In this document: positions 37,387-46,979 of the stretch, in pieces
Layout: each line of letters opens with the position of its first letter
How positions within the stretch are numbered: position 1 is the first letter of the stretch
Origin: a virus
Taxonomy: Duplodnaviria; Caudoviricetes
Virus record (IMG/VR): IMGVR_UViG_2582581314_000001
Span: 1-64,000 of that record
Strand: one strand, 5' to 3'
Length of the DNA stretch: 64,000 nt
Position numbers and translations under genes: made by a program
The notes under the pieces: model-generated
Databases searched by the model: none
The model's input: the letters and a program-made list of their open reading frames with translations, nothing else
Told to the model about the DNA's origin: nothing

Positions 37387-37539
37387 TTACTTCTTGGCGA
37401 CTTCGCGGACCTCGCGGCCTTCGCCGCGCTCGGCCATGGCGTCCGCGGTGGTCCTGTACGGGGTGGGCCCGAACACCCGCTTCCCGGAGGCGTCGACGAC
37501 CTCGAACTGCGTCTTGTTCTTCTGGCACGCGCACGGCAT
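37387..37539 (-). CDS. Small MPCAC-type protein
   Basis: AAGGA RBS; MPCACQK...FEVV. Confidence 0.6.
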   Translation of the reverse strand: MPCACQKNKTQFEVVDASGKRVFGPTPYRTTADAMAERGEGREVREVAKK

Positions 37540-37541
37540 GG

Positions 37542-40500
37542 TCAGTTCCTTTCCGGCTGCTGGGCAGCGCTTGCGGCGAGCTCGGCGCGGACGGGTGCGA
37601 GCCGGGCGGTGAGTTCTGCGAGTTCGGCGCGCGCGGCAGCAGCACGCTGTTCCTCGCGGGCCTTGAGGGCGTCGGTGAACTGGTCGAGGAACGCGGGCTC
37701 CAGGAGCGCGGCGGTGATCTCGTCGGCGACGCTGGCAGCCGAGGCCCCGTCGCTCGCGCGGCCGTGGTCGGGTTCCGGCTCGCCGACCGGGGGTTCGGGG
37801 GCGGTGATCGTGGCCTCGTCGATGGCTGCTGCGGCGGCGGTGAGGGCGAGGTTTGACCGGTCGATGACGGCGGCCGCGGTGAGCGGCGACGAGTGCCCGG
37901 GTACCGGCACCGAGAGCACGGCCTTGAGCTGCCAGCGGCCGTCTGCGCCCTGCGTCATGTGATAGCTCGGCTGGCACGCCTGGAAGACGGTGCGATCCCA
38001 CGGGGACAGCCAAGGCGCTGCCGCGCCGGAGAACCACATACCGCCTTCGTTCATGCCGACGGTGACGACGGCCGCGACGGTGCGGGTGTCGTCGAACTGG
38101 CAGACCGCGCTCTCGCATTCGAACCCGTCGCGGTGGTGGCCGACGTTCATCGTCATCGCACCAGCGCGTACCTCGCTGCCGTCGTCGAGGCTGAACCTGG
38201 CCCGCAGGAAGTGAGTCAGGTCCAGGCCCCGGGCTGCGAGCTTCTCGATGGTGACCTTCCGGCCGTGCGCGGCGTGCGGCACGCCGCGCTGTGCCACCCA
38301 GCCGTAGGCGCGGCCGTCGACGATGTGGACGCCGCCGCTACCGGGGGGCAGCTCTTCGGGGGTGGGCTCGGCGAACCATGCGGCGGGCATCGACTGTTCG
38401 GCCTGCATCGCCTGCCAGGCGGAGGCGACGATGTCGGCGCCTCGCTCGTCGTACAGGGCGTCGAGGGCTGGGGCGGCGGTCGCCTCTTCTGTCGCGGGCG
38501 GGGTGAGCTCCACGTCGCCGCTCGCGGTGGCCGTGATCTCGCCCTCGGGCAGGGTGGACGCGCCGACGTAGAGGCCGCGGGCGATCCGTACGACGGTGCC
38601 GGCCTGCACGGCATGCGACAGGTGGCTGTGGACCGTGTCGACGCTCATGCTGAGCTTGTGGGAGAGGTGGCGGGGGCCGACCGGGGTTGGGGAGCTCCGC
38701 ACGTAGGTGACGACTCGTTCGTGGCCGTCGCCGGACGACGCTATGACGGGCGCGGACGCTGTCTGTTCGTCGGGCGGGTCGAGGACGATGCGGGCCTTGT
38801 CGTAGGCGGGCATCGACACGAGGGTTGCACCGCGCAGCCGGGCCCGGGTGATCCGTACGAGGTAGTCGCCGGACTTCTCCTCGTGGAAGACGACACCCTC
38901 GCCCGGGTCGGAGTCGCCGGCGGCCGCGGTGACTTCGTCGCCGAAGACACGGCGGGCGGTCGCGCGGGTGATGGTGCCGCCGGGGCTGGTGAACAGCATC
39001 ACCGAGCGGGCGCTGTGCGCCATCTCGGCACCGGAAGCCGTCCACTCGGCGCCACTGCGGGCGGTGATCATCCACGCGCCGTCGGCGAGGCGCATCACGC
39101 TCGCCGACGCGAACGACGCCGCCAGGAACGGCATATCAGCCTCGTCGTCTTCGGGGCTGGTGGTGGTGTCGACGAGCTGCACGTCGACGTCGTCCAGGTC
39201 GACGGACACCCCGAGAGGCGCTTCCTGGTCCAGGAGCATGGCGGCGTCGAATCCGGCGGGCTGCGTCATGTACAGCACGCCGCTGCCGGTGATGCGATTG
39301 CCGGTCCGGCCGAGGGTCTGGATCGCTCCGGCGAGTTCGGCGCCGTGGTGGCCCTCGCCCATGGCCTCCGCGTACTGGAGCGGCCACGGGCCTGTGCCGT
39401 CCCAGAACAGGGCGCTGGGGGCGAAGACTCGGCCGTCGCCGGTCTGTTCGTTCTCGAAGGCGAGCGCGGCACCGTCGGGGGTGGACCAGCTGCGGACGGG
39501 CGGCGGCGGGGCTTCCGGTTCCGCCTGCACGGGTGTGGCCATGGGGGGTTCCTCCTCTGCGGGGCCGAGCGGAATGTCGTAGTGGTCGCCGGCGAACGCC
39601 AGGCGGATCCGGTCGAAGGTGATCGGGCCGAGCCGCTCGCACATCGGGTCGAACGGCCACGTGTCGGCTGCGTACGCGCCTGTGACATGGGCGACCCACG
39701 GCGAGTGCTGGGCGGGTGTCTCCGGGCGGTCGTGGGCGTCTTCGAGGAGCTGGCCGGCGAGGGCACGGGCTTCATGAAGTGCGGGGCCGTCGCGGTCGCG
39801 GTCGTCGCCGATGGCCCACACCCAGGCCGGGGAGTCCGAGTCGGGGTTCCAGTGGTTCACGCCGAACGCGCGGGCGACGACGGGGCCGGTCAGGGCGGCG
39901 GCCTGGGCGCGGACGACTGCGACGAGTTCGGTGCGCTGGTCCTCGGTCCACTGGGAGGCGTCGTCGCCGAGGAACCACAGTGTGCAGTGGAGTTCGCCAG
40001 GGTCTTCACCGTCCGGGAGGGCAAGGAAGCGCGCGTCTTCGTCGCGGGGCAGGAGCGCGATCATGCCGCCCATGAGGTGACTCCCATCCGCTGCGGCCAT
40101 CTCTTCCTTCGATTCGGAGACTTCAGGCCGCAGCTCTTCTTTCGATCCGTAGGCGGCGGTGCGCTGTTCGGGTGCCAATCGCAGGACGCACCGGCAGTTG
40201 ACGGTGAGCTCGGGCGGCGCGGCCGGGTCGCCGGGGTAGGCCATGGCGACGCCGCCGACAGTGAACGCTTCGTCGAGGAGGCGGAGTTGCCCGTCGGCGT
40301 GGTCGTGGGCGTCACGCACGCGGGCGTCGCGTCGGGTCTGCCACTGCTTGACGAGGGGACGCCCCTCACTGGTGAGGTCTTCAGCTGCGGCGAGCGTGGC
40401 GGCGTTCCATGCCCGGGTGGACTCGGTGCGGGCTATGCGCTCTTCGCGCATCTCGCCGAACTGGGCGCCGTCGCGGGAGAACAGGTCACGCAGCCGGGCC

Positions 40501-40934
40501 CGCAGCGCCTGGATGTCTTCTCCGGCGTCGAGGCCTGCGGCGAGTTCGGTGACGGCGGCCTCGGTGAGCCGGTCACCGACGGCACGCAACAGGTGCTCGG
40601 TGTCGGTGACGTAGGTGCCGAGGGAGGGCGGAAGGTCGTCACCACGGTCGTGGCGGCCGGGCAGGTCGTTCCAGCCGTCGGGGAGTTCGGTGTCGACGTC
40701 GCTCGCCGCCTGCTGGCCGGCTGTTTCTGCGACGCCGAGGAGACGGCGCACGATGCGCGGCATGCGGGACGTCCACATGCGGCCGATCTGGGCGAGGGAG
40801 AACCGGGCGGCGACGATCTCTGTCGCGTCGGCGAGTTCGCGGCCGATGTCGGCGGCGACGTCGTCCAGGACGGCGCGCACCTCGTCGGCGACGGTCTGTT
40901 CTGCCGCGGTGAGCGCGTCGAGCGGGTCAGCCAC
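37542..40934 (-). CDS. Head morphogenesis polyprotein: MuF/SPP1-gp7 domain + 2H phosphoesterase + protease-like region + wHTH
   Basis: RIARTES, KQWQTRRDARVRDAH, NCRC (MuF); HCTL and HVTG (2H); TGDGR.F and P.GVSVDLD; wHTH ...VVRIARGLY. Confidence 0.8.
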   Translation of the reverse strand: MADPLDALTAAEQTVADEVRAVLDDVAADIGRELADATEIVAARFSLAQIGRMWTSRMPRIVRRLLGVAETAGQQAASDVDTELPDGWNDLPGRHDRGDDLPPSLGTYVTDTEHLLRAVGDRLTEAAVTELAAGLDAGEDIQALRARLRDLFSRDGAQFGEMREERIARTESTRAWNAATLAAAEDLTSEGRPLVKQWQTRRDARVRDAHDHADGQLRLLDEAFTVGGVAMAYPGDPAAPPELTVNCRCVLRLAPEQRTAAYGSKEELRPEVSESKEEMAAADGSHLMGGMIALLPRDEDARFLALPDGEDPGELHCTLWFLGDDASQWTEDQRTELVAVVRAQAAALTGPVVARAFGVNHWNPDSDSPAWVWAIGDDRDRDGPALHEARALAGQLLEDAHDRPETPAQHSPWVAHVTGAYAADTWPFDPMCERLGPITFDRIRLAFAGDHYDIPLGPAEEEPPMATPVQAEPEAPPPPVRSWSTPDGAALAFENEQTGDGRVFAPSALFWDGTGPWPLQYAEAMGEGHHGAELAGAIQTLGRTGNRITGSGVLYMTQPAGFDAAMLLDQEAPLGVSVDLDDVDVQLVDTTTSPEDDEADMPFLAASFASASVMRLADGAWMITARSGAEWTASGAEMAHSARSVMLFTSPGGTITRATARRVFGDEVTAAAGDSDPGEGVVFHEEKSGDYLVRITRARLRGATLVSMPAYDKARIVLDPPDEQTASAPVIASSGDGHERVVTYVRSSPTPVGPRHLSHKLSMSVDTVHSHLSHAVQAGTVVRIARGLYVGASTLPEGEITATASGDVELTPPATEEATAAPALDALYDERGADIVASAWQAMQAEQSMPAAWFAEPTPEELPPGSGGVHIVDGRAYGWVAQRGVPHAAHGRKVTIEKLAARGLDLTHFLRARFSLDDGSEVRAGAMTMNVGHHRDGFECESAVCQFDDTRTVAAVVTVGMNEGGMWFSGAAAPWLSPWDRTVFQACQPSYHMTQGADGRWQLKAVLSVPVPGHSSPLTAAAVIDRSNLALTAAAAAIDEATITAPEPPVGEPEPDHGRASDGASAASVADEITAALLEPAFLDQFTDALKAREEQRAAAARAELAELTARLAPVRAELAASAAQQPERN

Positions 40935-41127
40935 GGTTCACCTCCGGGTCGTCGGGGTCGTCGCAGATCTCGCAGACGGCGACGGTGCTGATGAACGTCA
41001 CGCCGGTCGGGAAGAGCGCGAACACGTCGACGGCGAAGGCGCTGTTCGCCTTGCAGTCCGGGCACCACTTCGGCCGTGGCCGGCTGGTGGCCACGGTGAC
41101 GGTGAGGTGCGCTTCCCGGGAGTTCAC
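40927..41127 (-). CDS. Small Zn-ribbon protein
   Basis: WCPDC...CEIC; GTGA overlaps at both ends. Confidence 0.55.
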   Translation of the reverse strand: MNSREAHLTVTVATSRPRPKWCPDCKANSAFAVDVFALFPTGVTFISTVAVCEICDDPDDPEVNRG

Positions 41128-42872
41128 GCGGCCTCGGCTATGCACGGGGCGCGCAGTACGCGGGCCGTGTCCTCGTACGTGTGCGGGTGCCGGGCGGCGA
41201 ACAGGGCCCGCGCGTAGTCGTCGAGGACATCGGTGAGGCATCCCGGGTTGAGGCCGTAGCGGCGTGCGATCTCGGGGACGCGAGCCCATGCGCCGTCGAG
41301 GAGATGCCAGGCGTCGATCATGTCCGGCTCTACCGGGAACACGGTGTGGAGCTCGGCGGGGACGATCTCGCGGGCGCGAGCGCGTTCGGAGCGGGGGCAG
41401 GCCGGCTTGTTCCGGAGGCGTTCCCCGGCGGCTTGGAGGGCGGCCCAGATCAGGCCGTCGACGGCGGCGAGGACGCGTTCCGGGTGGGCGGCGGAGGCGG
41501 GGATGGTGTCCGGGATGCTGGTCGTCTCTGCGACGGGCAGGGTCGTCACGTTGCTCGGCGTCTCCTCTGCGGCGTTGTCCGCGGTGGTGTTGGTGGCGGG
41601 CTCGCGCGCTGCGGTCTCGGCCGCGGTGGGGGCGTCGGACTCGTCGAAGCCGGTCTCGCGGCGGGCGGCGGCGGCGGAGATCAGGCCTGCCTGGAACGCT
41701 TCGAGGGCGGTCTGGGCGCGGTTGGCCTGGATGCGGAGCTGGCTGGTGTCGTACCAGACGAGCCACTCGTCGGCGTCCTCCACGCCCTCGTCTTCGAGGA
41801 GGGGGCGCAGCCACTGTGTGGTGAGGGCGTAGGCGACGAGCGCGAGGCGCGGCTCTACGCCGAGGCGGACGGCTTCGGCGGAGATCGCCCACGCCGACCA
41901 GTGGTTCGCGTCCGACAGGCCGAGGAGGATCTCGGCCGGGACTTCGAGGCCGTTCGCGAAGCGGCGGATCGCCTCGTCGCGGAGCTTCAGCGCCAGCTCG
42001 TCGAAGTTGGACTCGAACGACATCCACTTGATGTCGCTGATCACGTCGGAGGGCACTTCGAGGATGATCGGCACCGTCGCCGCCGCGGAGTCGGGTTCGC
42101 GGATCGCGGTCGAGGCGACCTCAAGGAACACCTCAAGCAGGTCGTCCTCCGCGTCCCCGGCCGTGCCGGGCGAGGTGGGGAACCTGGTGCCCTTGGGGAC
42201 GAGGAGCACACCACGGCCGGTGATGCGGGAGCGGGCGATAGCGGCGACGGCCGCGTTGAGCAGCTGGAGTTCTTCCAGGAGGACGAGGCTGGACCGTACG
42301 GGGCTGTCGGCCTCGATGTGCCGGTCGGGGGACGGCTTCCACACGCGGATCGCGATGGGCGCGCTCGGGTCGGGCTCGGCGTCCGGGTCGTACGGCGGGA
42401 TCGGTATGTCCTCGCCGTCGATCTCGACGGTCAGCTTCCCGCCGCCCTGCTGCTTCACCTCGCGCGTGGACAGGACACGCCAGTCGTAGCCGTCGATCGT
42501 GTCGGTCTTGTCGACGGTGGGCCGGACAACGACCCAGCCCTCGCCGGCGACCACCAGGTGCGGGCCGAAGTCGCCGAGGAGGTTGGACTGCCCGTCCGTG
42601 CCGCCTGCGATGTCGCGGACGATCTCCGATGCCGGATGACCTTCGGGGGCGCGTTCGACGGTGCCGTCGGCGGCGCGGCGCCCGGCGTACAGGGTGGCGC
42701 CGGACATGGCGTTGCCGACCCAAGTTCCGGCGAACCGGACCTCGGGGACTTCCTTGAAGAACCGCCACGCCTCTTGCTGCCACGACGTGTCGGTCCTGGA
42801 CGCCCTGCTGTTGGTTGTCTTGACGCTGTATCGGGAGGCTGCCGCGGTGAGCTGACGAGGAGACACAGTCAC
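41124..42872 (-). CDS. Portal protein
   Basis: WQ.EAW, GEGW, RVW.P.P, A.VPI, NHWSAW; lies between the terminase and MuF genes. Confidence 0.82.
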   Translation of the reverse strand: MTVSPRQLTAAASRYSVKTTNSRASRTDTSWQQEAWRFFKEVPEVRFAGTWVGNAMSGATLYAGRRAADGTVERAPEGHPASEIVRDIAGGTDGQSNLLGDFGPHLVVAGEGWVVVRPTVDKTDTIDGYDWRVLSTREVKQQGGGKLTVEIDGEDIPIPPYDPDAEPDPSAPIAIRVWKPSPDRHIEADSPVRSSLVLLEELQLLNAAVAAIARSRITGRGVLLVPKGTRFPTSPGTAGDAEDDLLEVFLEVASTAIREPDSAAATVPIILEVPSDVISDIKWMSFESNFDELALKLRDEAIRRFANGLEVPAEILLGLSDANHWSAWAISAEAVRLGVEPRLALVAYALTTQWLRPLLEDEGVEDADEWLVWYDTSQLRIQANRAQTALEAFQAGLISAAAARRETGFDESDAPTAAETAAREPATNTTADNAAEETPSNVTTLPVAETTSIPDTIPASAAHPERVLAAVDGLIWAALQAAGERLRNKPACPRSERARAREIVPAELHTVFPVEPDMIDAWHLLDGAWARVPEIARRYGLNPGCLTDVLDDYARALFAARHPHTYEDTARVLRAPCIAEAA

Positions 42873-43201
42873 CCGCTGAACGTGTCGTCGCGACGGTTGA
42901 GGAGGGCCTGCACGCCGGCCACCGCGAACCACTCGATGCCGTGGACGACCCAGGGGGCATCGCCCCAGCTGTCGGTGGCGAGGAGGTACACGAGGAGCGT
43001 CACGCCGGACAGCCACCAGCCGAGGCAGTAGACGCAGCCCATCAGCTGCATCAGGAAGGCGCGCGGCTTGGAGTCGAGGTTGCTCGCCTGCCAGGCGGCT
43101 ATCCGCTCCCGGGGCCCGTCGAGAATCGAGTCATGCACGCCGAGCTGGGTCGCGCGGTACGCGGCGAAGCCGAGTAGTGCGAGCACGGGCAGAGAGATCA
43201 C
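42869..43201 (-). CDS. Small membrane protein (DUF1360-like)
   Basis: YR.T.L...D.I and L..C.YC.GWW motifs. Confidence 0.7.
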   Translation of the reverse strand: MISLPVLALLGFAAYRATQLGVHDSILDGPRERIAAWQASNLDSKPRAFLMQLMGCVYCLGWWLSGVTLLVYLLATDSWGDAPWVVHGIEWFAVAGVQALLNRRDDTFSG

Positions 43202-43533
43202 GGGCCGCCTCCTGTGAAGATCCCCAGGTCAAGATCGGCGGCAAGGATACTGCGCACCACTGCATGCGTAGTGCGCGGCAGTGCGCGGATCATCGAGAGT
43301 GGCGGGCGGTGCTCGACTTCGGCCATATGGGCACTGACGGCGCGACCAGGGAGGCGGCGCCGAGGCCGGCGCCGCGGAGGGTGGTCCTCGGACCCACGCC
43401 CAGCCCAAGGCGGGTTGCAACGGCGGGCTACCGGATCGAACTGCTCACGCATTCGCCAAGGTTCTGGATATCCGGCGCATCGGCCCTCGACCCCTGGGAG
43501 GCTTGATCAGGCCGTACGCGGAGAGGAACCCCC

Positions 43534-44745
43534 TTGATCATTCTGGACACCAGCGTTCTCCGATCCTTCAGCCCGGAGAGCAGCAGCGCCGATCTCCTAC
43601 AAGTGATTCAGCAGATCGGCGCCCAGGAGGTCGGAGTCCCGTGGATGGTCATGGAGGAGCTTGCCGCTCAACAGGCCATCAAGTACCGGGAGAAGTACGA
43701 AGCGGCAGTTCAGGCCGTCGAGTCCTTGCGTCTAGTCACACCATGGCCGCTGGACGTGCAGCTCGGCGAGTGCGAGCTGGACGGCGTCCGTGAATACTGG
43801 CGAGCCACGTGGCGTGATGTCGTCGAGACGATCCCGACGAGCGAAGGAGCGCTGCGCGAGGCTGCCTTCCGGGAAGCGAATTCCCTCGCCCCATGCAAGA
43901 CAGCGAAGGGCGATAAGACCGGTTCTCGGGATGCCGCGATCTGGCTGTCAGCGGTGGAGTACGCCCGCAAGTACGACAACAAGACGGTGTACTTCGTCAG
44001 CGCCAACACCAGGGACTTCGGTCAGGGAACGTCCTACCCCTCACCCATGCGCGAGGACATCGCCGGCATGGAGGACCGCTTCGTGCACTTGACCAGCATG
44101 GACGACATCGTCACCCGCTTCACGGAACCGGCGGAGACGGACGAAGCGCTCGTCGTCGACATCTTGAAGTCGCCGGGCGTCCTGAATGACATCCTGGAAA
44201 CGGCTCAGGACTTCATTCCGAATCCCATGCACGGAACCATTGAGTGCACTGTCTCAACCGGACTCGCCGACGAGTGCGTGATCGTCCCGGCGCGATCATG
44301 GACAGCTACCAAGGCAACCTTCAGCGCCGTCGAGAGAGTCCAAACCTATCGCATCAAGAACCGCGAATTCTGCATAGCTGTTGTGCAGTGGCACCTCGGC
44401 GGCGCCATCCTCTCTGAGGCGCTCTCTGGGGCTGCTTGGGCAGGCTGTAGTTGGAGGACGACCGTATTGTTCACGCCGAACATGGACGCTCCGGGCCTTG
44501 AGTACCTGCGCGACGACATGCCGCGCCCGCTGAGTGGCGAGGCTTTCAAGGCCCTCGGGCTGCCTCTGAACGATCCCACCCCACCCACCCCCGTGGAAAC
44601 GGCTGTTGCGGAGCTGACCCGGGCCGCCGCGTCCCTCGCCCAGCAGTCCCAGGGGTTGCACCCGTTGCGAGGGCAGCGTGCCTACGAGGGAGCACTCGCC
44701 CGGGATGTGGCTCGGATACGGCTCGGTGACACCTCCGCCGGCTAG
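43534..44745 (+). CDS. PIN-domain protein (moron, candidate defence)
   Basis: IILDTS.L, V.EEL, RDAAIWLS, FVS.NT.DF; opposite strand. Confidence 0.8.
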   Translation: MIILDTSVLRSFSPESSSADLLQVIQQIGAQEVGVPWMVMEELAAQQAIKYREKYEAAVQAVESLRLVTPWPLDVQLGECELDGVREYWRATWRDVVETIPTSEGALREAAFREANSLAPCKTAKGDKTGSRDAAIWLSAVEYARKYDNKTVYFVSANTRDFGQGTSYPSPMREDIAGMEDRFVHLTSMDDIVTRFTEPAETDEALVVDILKSPGVLNDILETAQDFIPNPMHGTIECTVSTGLADECVIVPARSWTATKATFSAVERVQTYRIKNREFCIAVVQWHLGGAILSEALSGAAWAGCSWRTTVLFTPNMDAPGLEYLRDDMPRPLSGEAFKALGLPLNDPTPPTPVETAVAELTRAAASLAQQSQGLHPLRGQRAYEGALARDVARIRLGDTSAG

Positions 44746-44820
44746 ACCCTTGCCGGGAGGTAAGCCGCCTGCCTGCTGATCCTCCGTCCGTACATGCTCG
44801 CGGCTCGCCTGGCCCGCGCC

Positions 44821-46386
44821 TCAGCCGATGCGGCGCCCGTACGCCGACGCTGCGCCGCTCGGCCGGGCGCCGGGCTGCGGGGCTTGCGGGAGCGGGGCAT
44901 GGACGATGGCGCCCTGGTTGGCGTCCGGGATCAGCCCGTACACGAGGATGCAGGAGGCGTCGATCCGGCCCGGCGAGTCCGGGTCGCTGGACTGCCACGT
45001 CGCCCACTCGCGTTCCATGTCCGTGAACACACCACGGAAGCGGACCTTGTCCTGCACCATCTGCTGCGCAATCGGCTCAGCGCGGAGCAACTTGCCCTGC
45101 TTGGCCCGCACCGGGGCGATGGCGGGCATCAGCTTGCCCTTGGGGATCTCCCCGTCGTTCTGGAGCTTCTCCCACGACGTCTGGATGGCCAGCACGCACA
45201 TGTCGCGGCCAAAGTTCCACTCGACATAGATGATCGCCGCGTCCGTGCGGTGCGCGAGCCGGCACGCCGCCGTGGACCACTCGGCCGACGGCATCGCCGC
45301 CGAGACGTCGTCGGTGATCCATACGCGGCCGTCGTCGCCGAGGAACCCGCCGATGACGCCGGCAACGTCCCGGCCGCCACCCGAGGGGTCGATAGCGACG
45401 GCGATCTTCTGCGGCTCCACGGGCGTGGTGGTGTCCCGCAGCAGGCGCAGCAGTTCCTCGGACACGAGCGCTCCTTCTGCAGGCTGCGGGTCGCCCTGGG
45501 CGAGGGCGTGCCAGTCCCGCACGATCGAGGTCTTCTTCATGTCCGCCCACCAGGCCAGGAGTGCCTTCCGGTCACGGGTGGGGATCTTCGGGTGCGGCAG
45601 CGGGTCGCCGGGGTTGCGGCCGAGCGGGTCGGGGCCGAACTTCGGGTCGGCGATCGCCGGGAGGTGGATCACCTTCCACCGGCCGCCGTCCTCGATGCGG
45701 CCCTCTTCCTGGAGGCGGCGCCCAGCGAAGTCGTCCGGGTGCCAGCGGGTCTGGATGGCCACCACGGCATTGCGGTCCGGCTGGAGGCGCTTGAGGGCGG
45801 TGGACGAGTACCAGTCGTGCAGCGCCCTCCGGGAGGCCTCCGATTCGGCGTCCGCGCGGTCCTTGTGCGGGTCGTCGACGATCAGCAGGTTCACCGGGTA
45901 GCCGGTCAGGCCCTTGCCGACAGACACGGAGCGGACGCCGCCACTCTTGGTCAGCTCCCAGTCCTGCATCGCCCCGGAGCCGGCCCGCAGGTACAGCTCC
46001 CACTCGTCGCCGTACTCCTCAACGTAGGAGCGGATCGTCTTGCCGCGCTTCAGCGCCAGGTCGTCGGAGTAGGAGGTGGCCGCGATCCGGTCCATCGGGT
46101 AGGTGCACAGCCACCAGAAGGGGAACCACTCGGCGACCGTCGTGGACTTGCCGACCTGGGGCGGGGTCAGGATGAGCAGCCGGTCGGTCTCGCCGCGCCC
46201 CACCTCGGCGAGGGCGTCTCCGATGATCCGTAGGTGCGGGCGCATCCGGAACGTGGAGTCGAGGCCGCGAGCGAGCGTCACCGGATCCCGCAGCAGGTCG
46301 GCGCTCATGGACCGCTGCGCGGCGTGCAGCCGCCGGTAGACCTCCGCGTCGTCCAGGTGCTCCAGCTCGCTCAGGGCCGTCGTCAC
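44821..46386 (-). CDS. terL: Terminase large subunit
   Basis: PPQVGKS (Walker A), LLIVDDPHK (Walker B), IQTRWH.DD, AIDPS, SPGRIDA. Confidence 0.93.
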   Translation of the reverse strand: MTTALSELEHLDDAEVYRRLHAAQRSMSADLLRDPVTLARGLDSTFRMRPHLRIIGDALAEVGRGETDRLLILTPPQVGKSTTVAEWFPFWWLCTYPMDRIAATSYSDDLALKRGKTIRSYVEEYGDEWELYLRAGSGAMQDWELTKSGGVRSVSVGKGLTGYPVNLLIVDDPHKDRADAESEASRRALHDWYSSTALKRLQPDRNAVVAIQTRWHPDDFAGRRLQEEGRIEDGGRWKVIHLPAIADPKFGPDPLGRNPGDPLPHPKIPTRDRKALLAWWADMKKTSIVRDWHALAQGDPQPAEGALVSEELLRLLRDTTTPVEPQKIAVAIDPSGGGRDVAGVIGGFLGDDGRVWITDDVSAAMPSAEWSTAACRLAHRTDAAIIYVEWNFGRDMCVLAIQTSWEKLQNDGEIPKGKLMPAIAPVRAKQGKLLRAEPIAQQMVQDKVRFRGVFTDMEREWATWQSSDPDSPGRIDASCILVYGLIPDANQGAIVHAPLPQAPQPGARPSGAASAYGRRIG

Positions 46387-46979
46387 GTCTGCTCCTCCTC
46401 GTCGTCTCCGCCGTCCACGGCCTTGATCCGCTGGTTCACCTGGGCTGTGAGCTCGGCGAGCCGGGCACGGCGCAGGTCCGGGGACATCTGCGCGAACTCG
46501 GCGAACTGCTGCGCCAGCGCGTTGGAGCCCTCACCGGTGACGGCGATCGTCTCGGTGGGGTCGCCGAACAGCACCCGGCGGTGCCGCATGGCGACGTCCA
46601 TCAGCCGGATGAAGTCGCCCGGGGACAGCTCAGCCGCGTTCAGCGACGTGAGCCGCTGGGCGAGCTTGCCGATCGCCGCGCCCAGGATCTTCGCGTCTGT
46701 CTCGGCCGCTTTCCGGCGCTCCTCCAGCCACATCGCCTGGTACTGCCGGTCCAGGTGCCGGTCGTACGCCTCGACGCGGTCCCGCCACCGGTACTGGGCG
46801 GCGAGGTTCCTCACGTGCCCGTACGCGAGTGTCAGTCTCTGCGCGGCTTCGGTCAGGGTGCGGGTCCTGCCGATGTCTCGGTACGCGGTGAACTGTCCGT
46901 GTTTGTGGGGGGTCTCGTTGGGCTGACGTTCCCACGGGTCCAGGTCGGGGTCGAGTGTGATGGGTGGGCGGGTGCTCAT
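46383..46979 (-). CDS. Terminase small subunit (probable)
   Basis: Directly upstream of terL; PWERQPNE...F..YRD.G..R...W..R...YD. Confidence 0.75.
   Translation of the reverse strand: MSTRPPITLDPDLDPWERQPNETPHKHGQFTAYRDIGRTRTLTEAAQRLTLAYGHVRNLAAQYRWRDRVEAYDRHLDRQYQAMWLEERRKAAETDAKILGAAIGKLAQRLTSLNAAELSPGDFIRLMDVAMRHRRVLFGDPTETIAVTGEGSNALAQQFAEFAQMSPDLRRARLAELTAQVNQRIKAVDGGDDEEEQT

Noticed and set aside
37893-40991. Long plus-strand ORFs (1032 aa here; also 12697..14877, 35069..37096, 41181..43031, 26240..28114)
   Set aside because: These are antisense shadows of high-GC3 minus-strand genes, with no motifs or RBS.
43201-43500. Intergenic palindromes as a cos/pac site or small ORF
   Set aside because: Imperfect inverted repeats exist (about 43250-43288), but nothing diagnostic supports a function.
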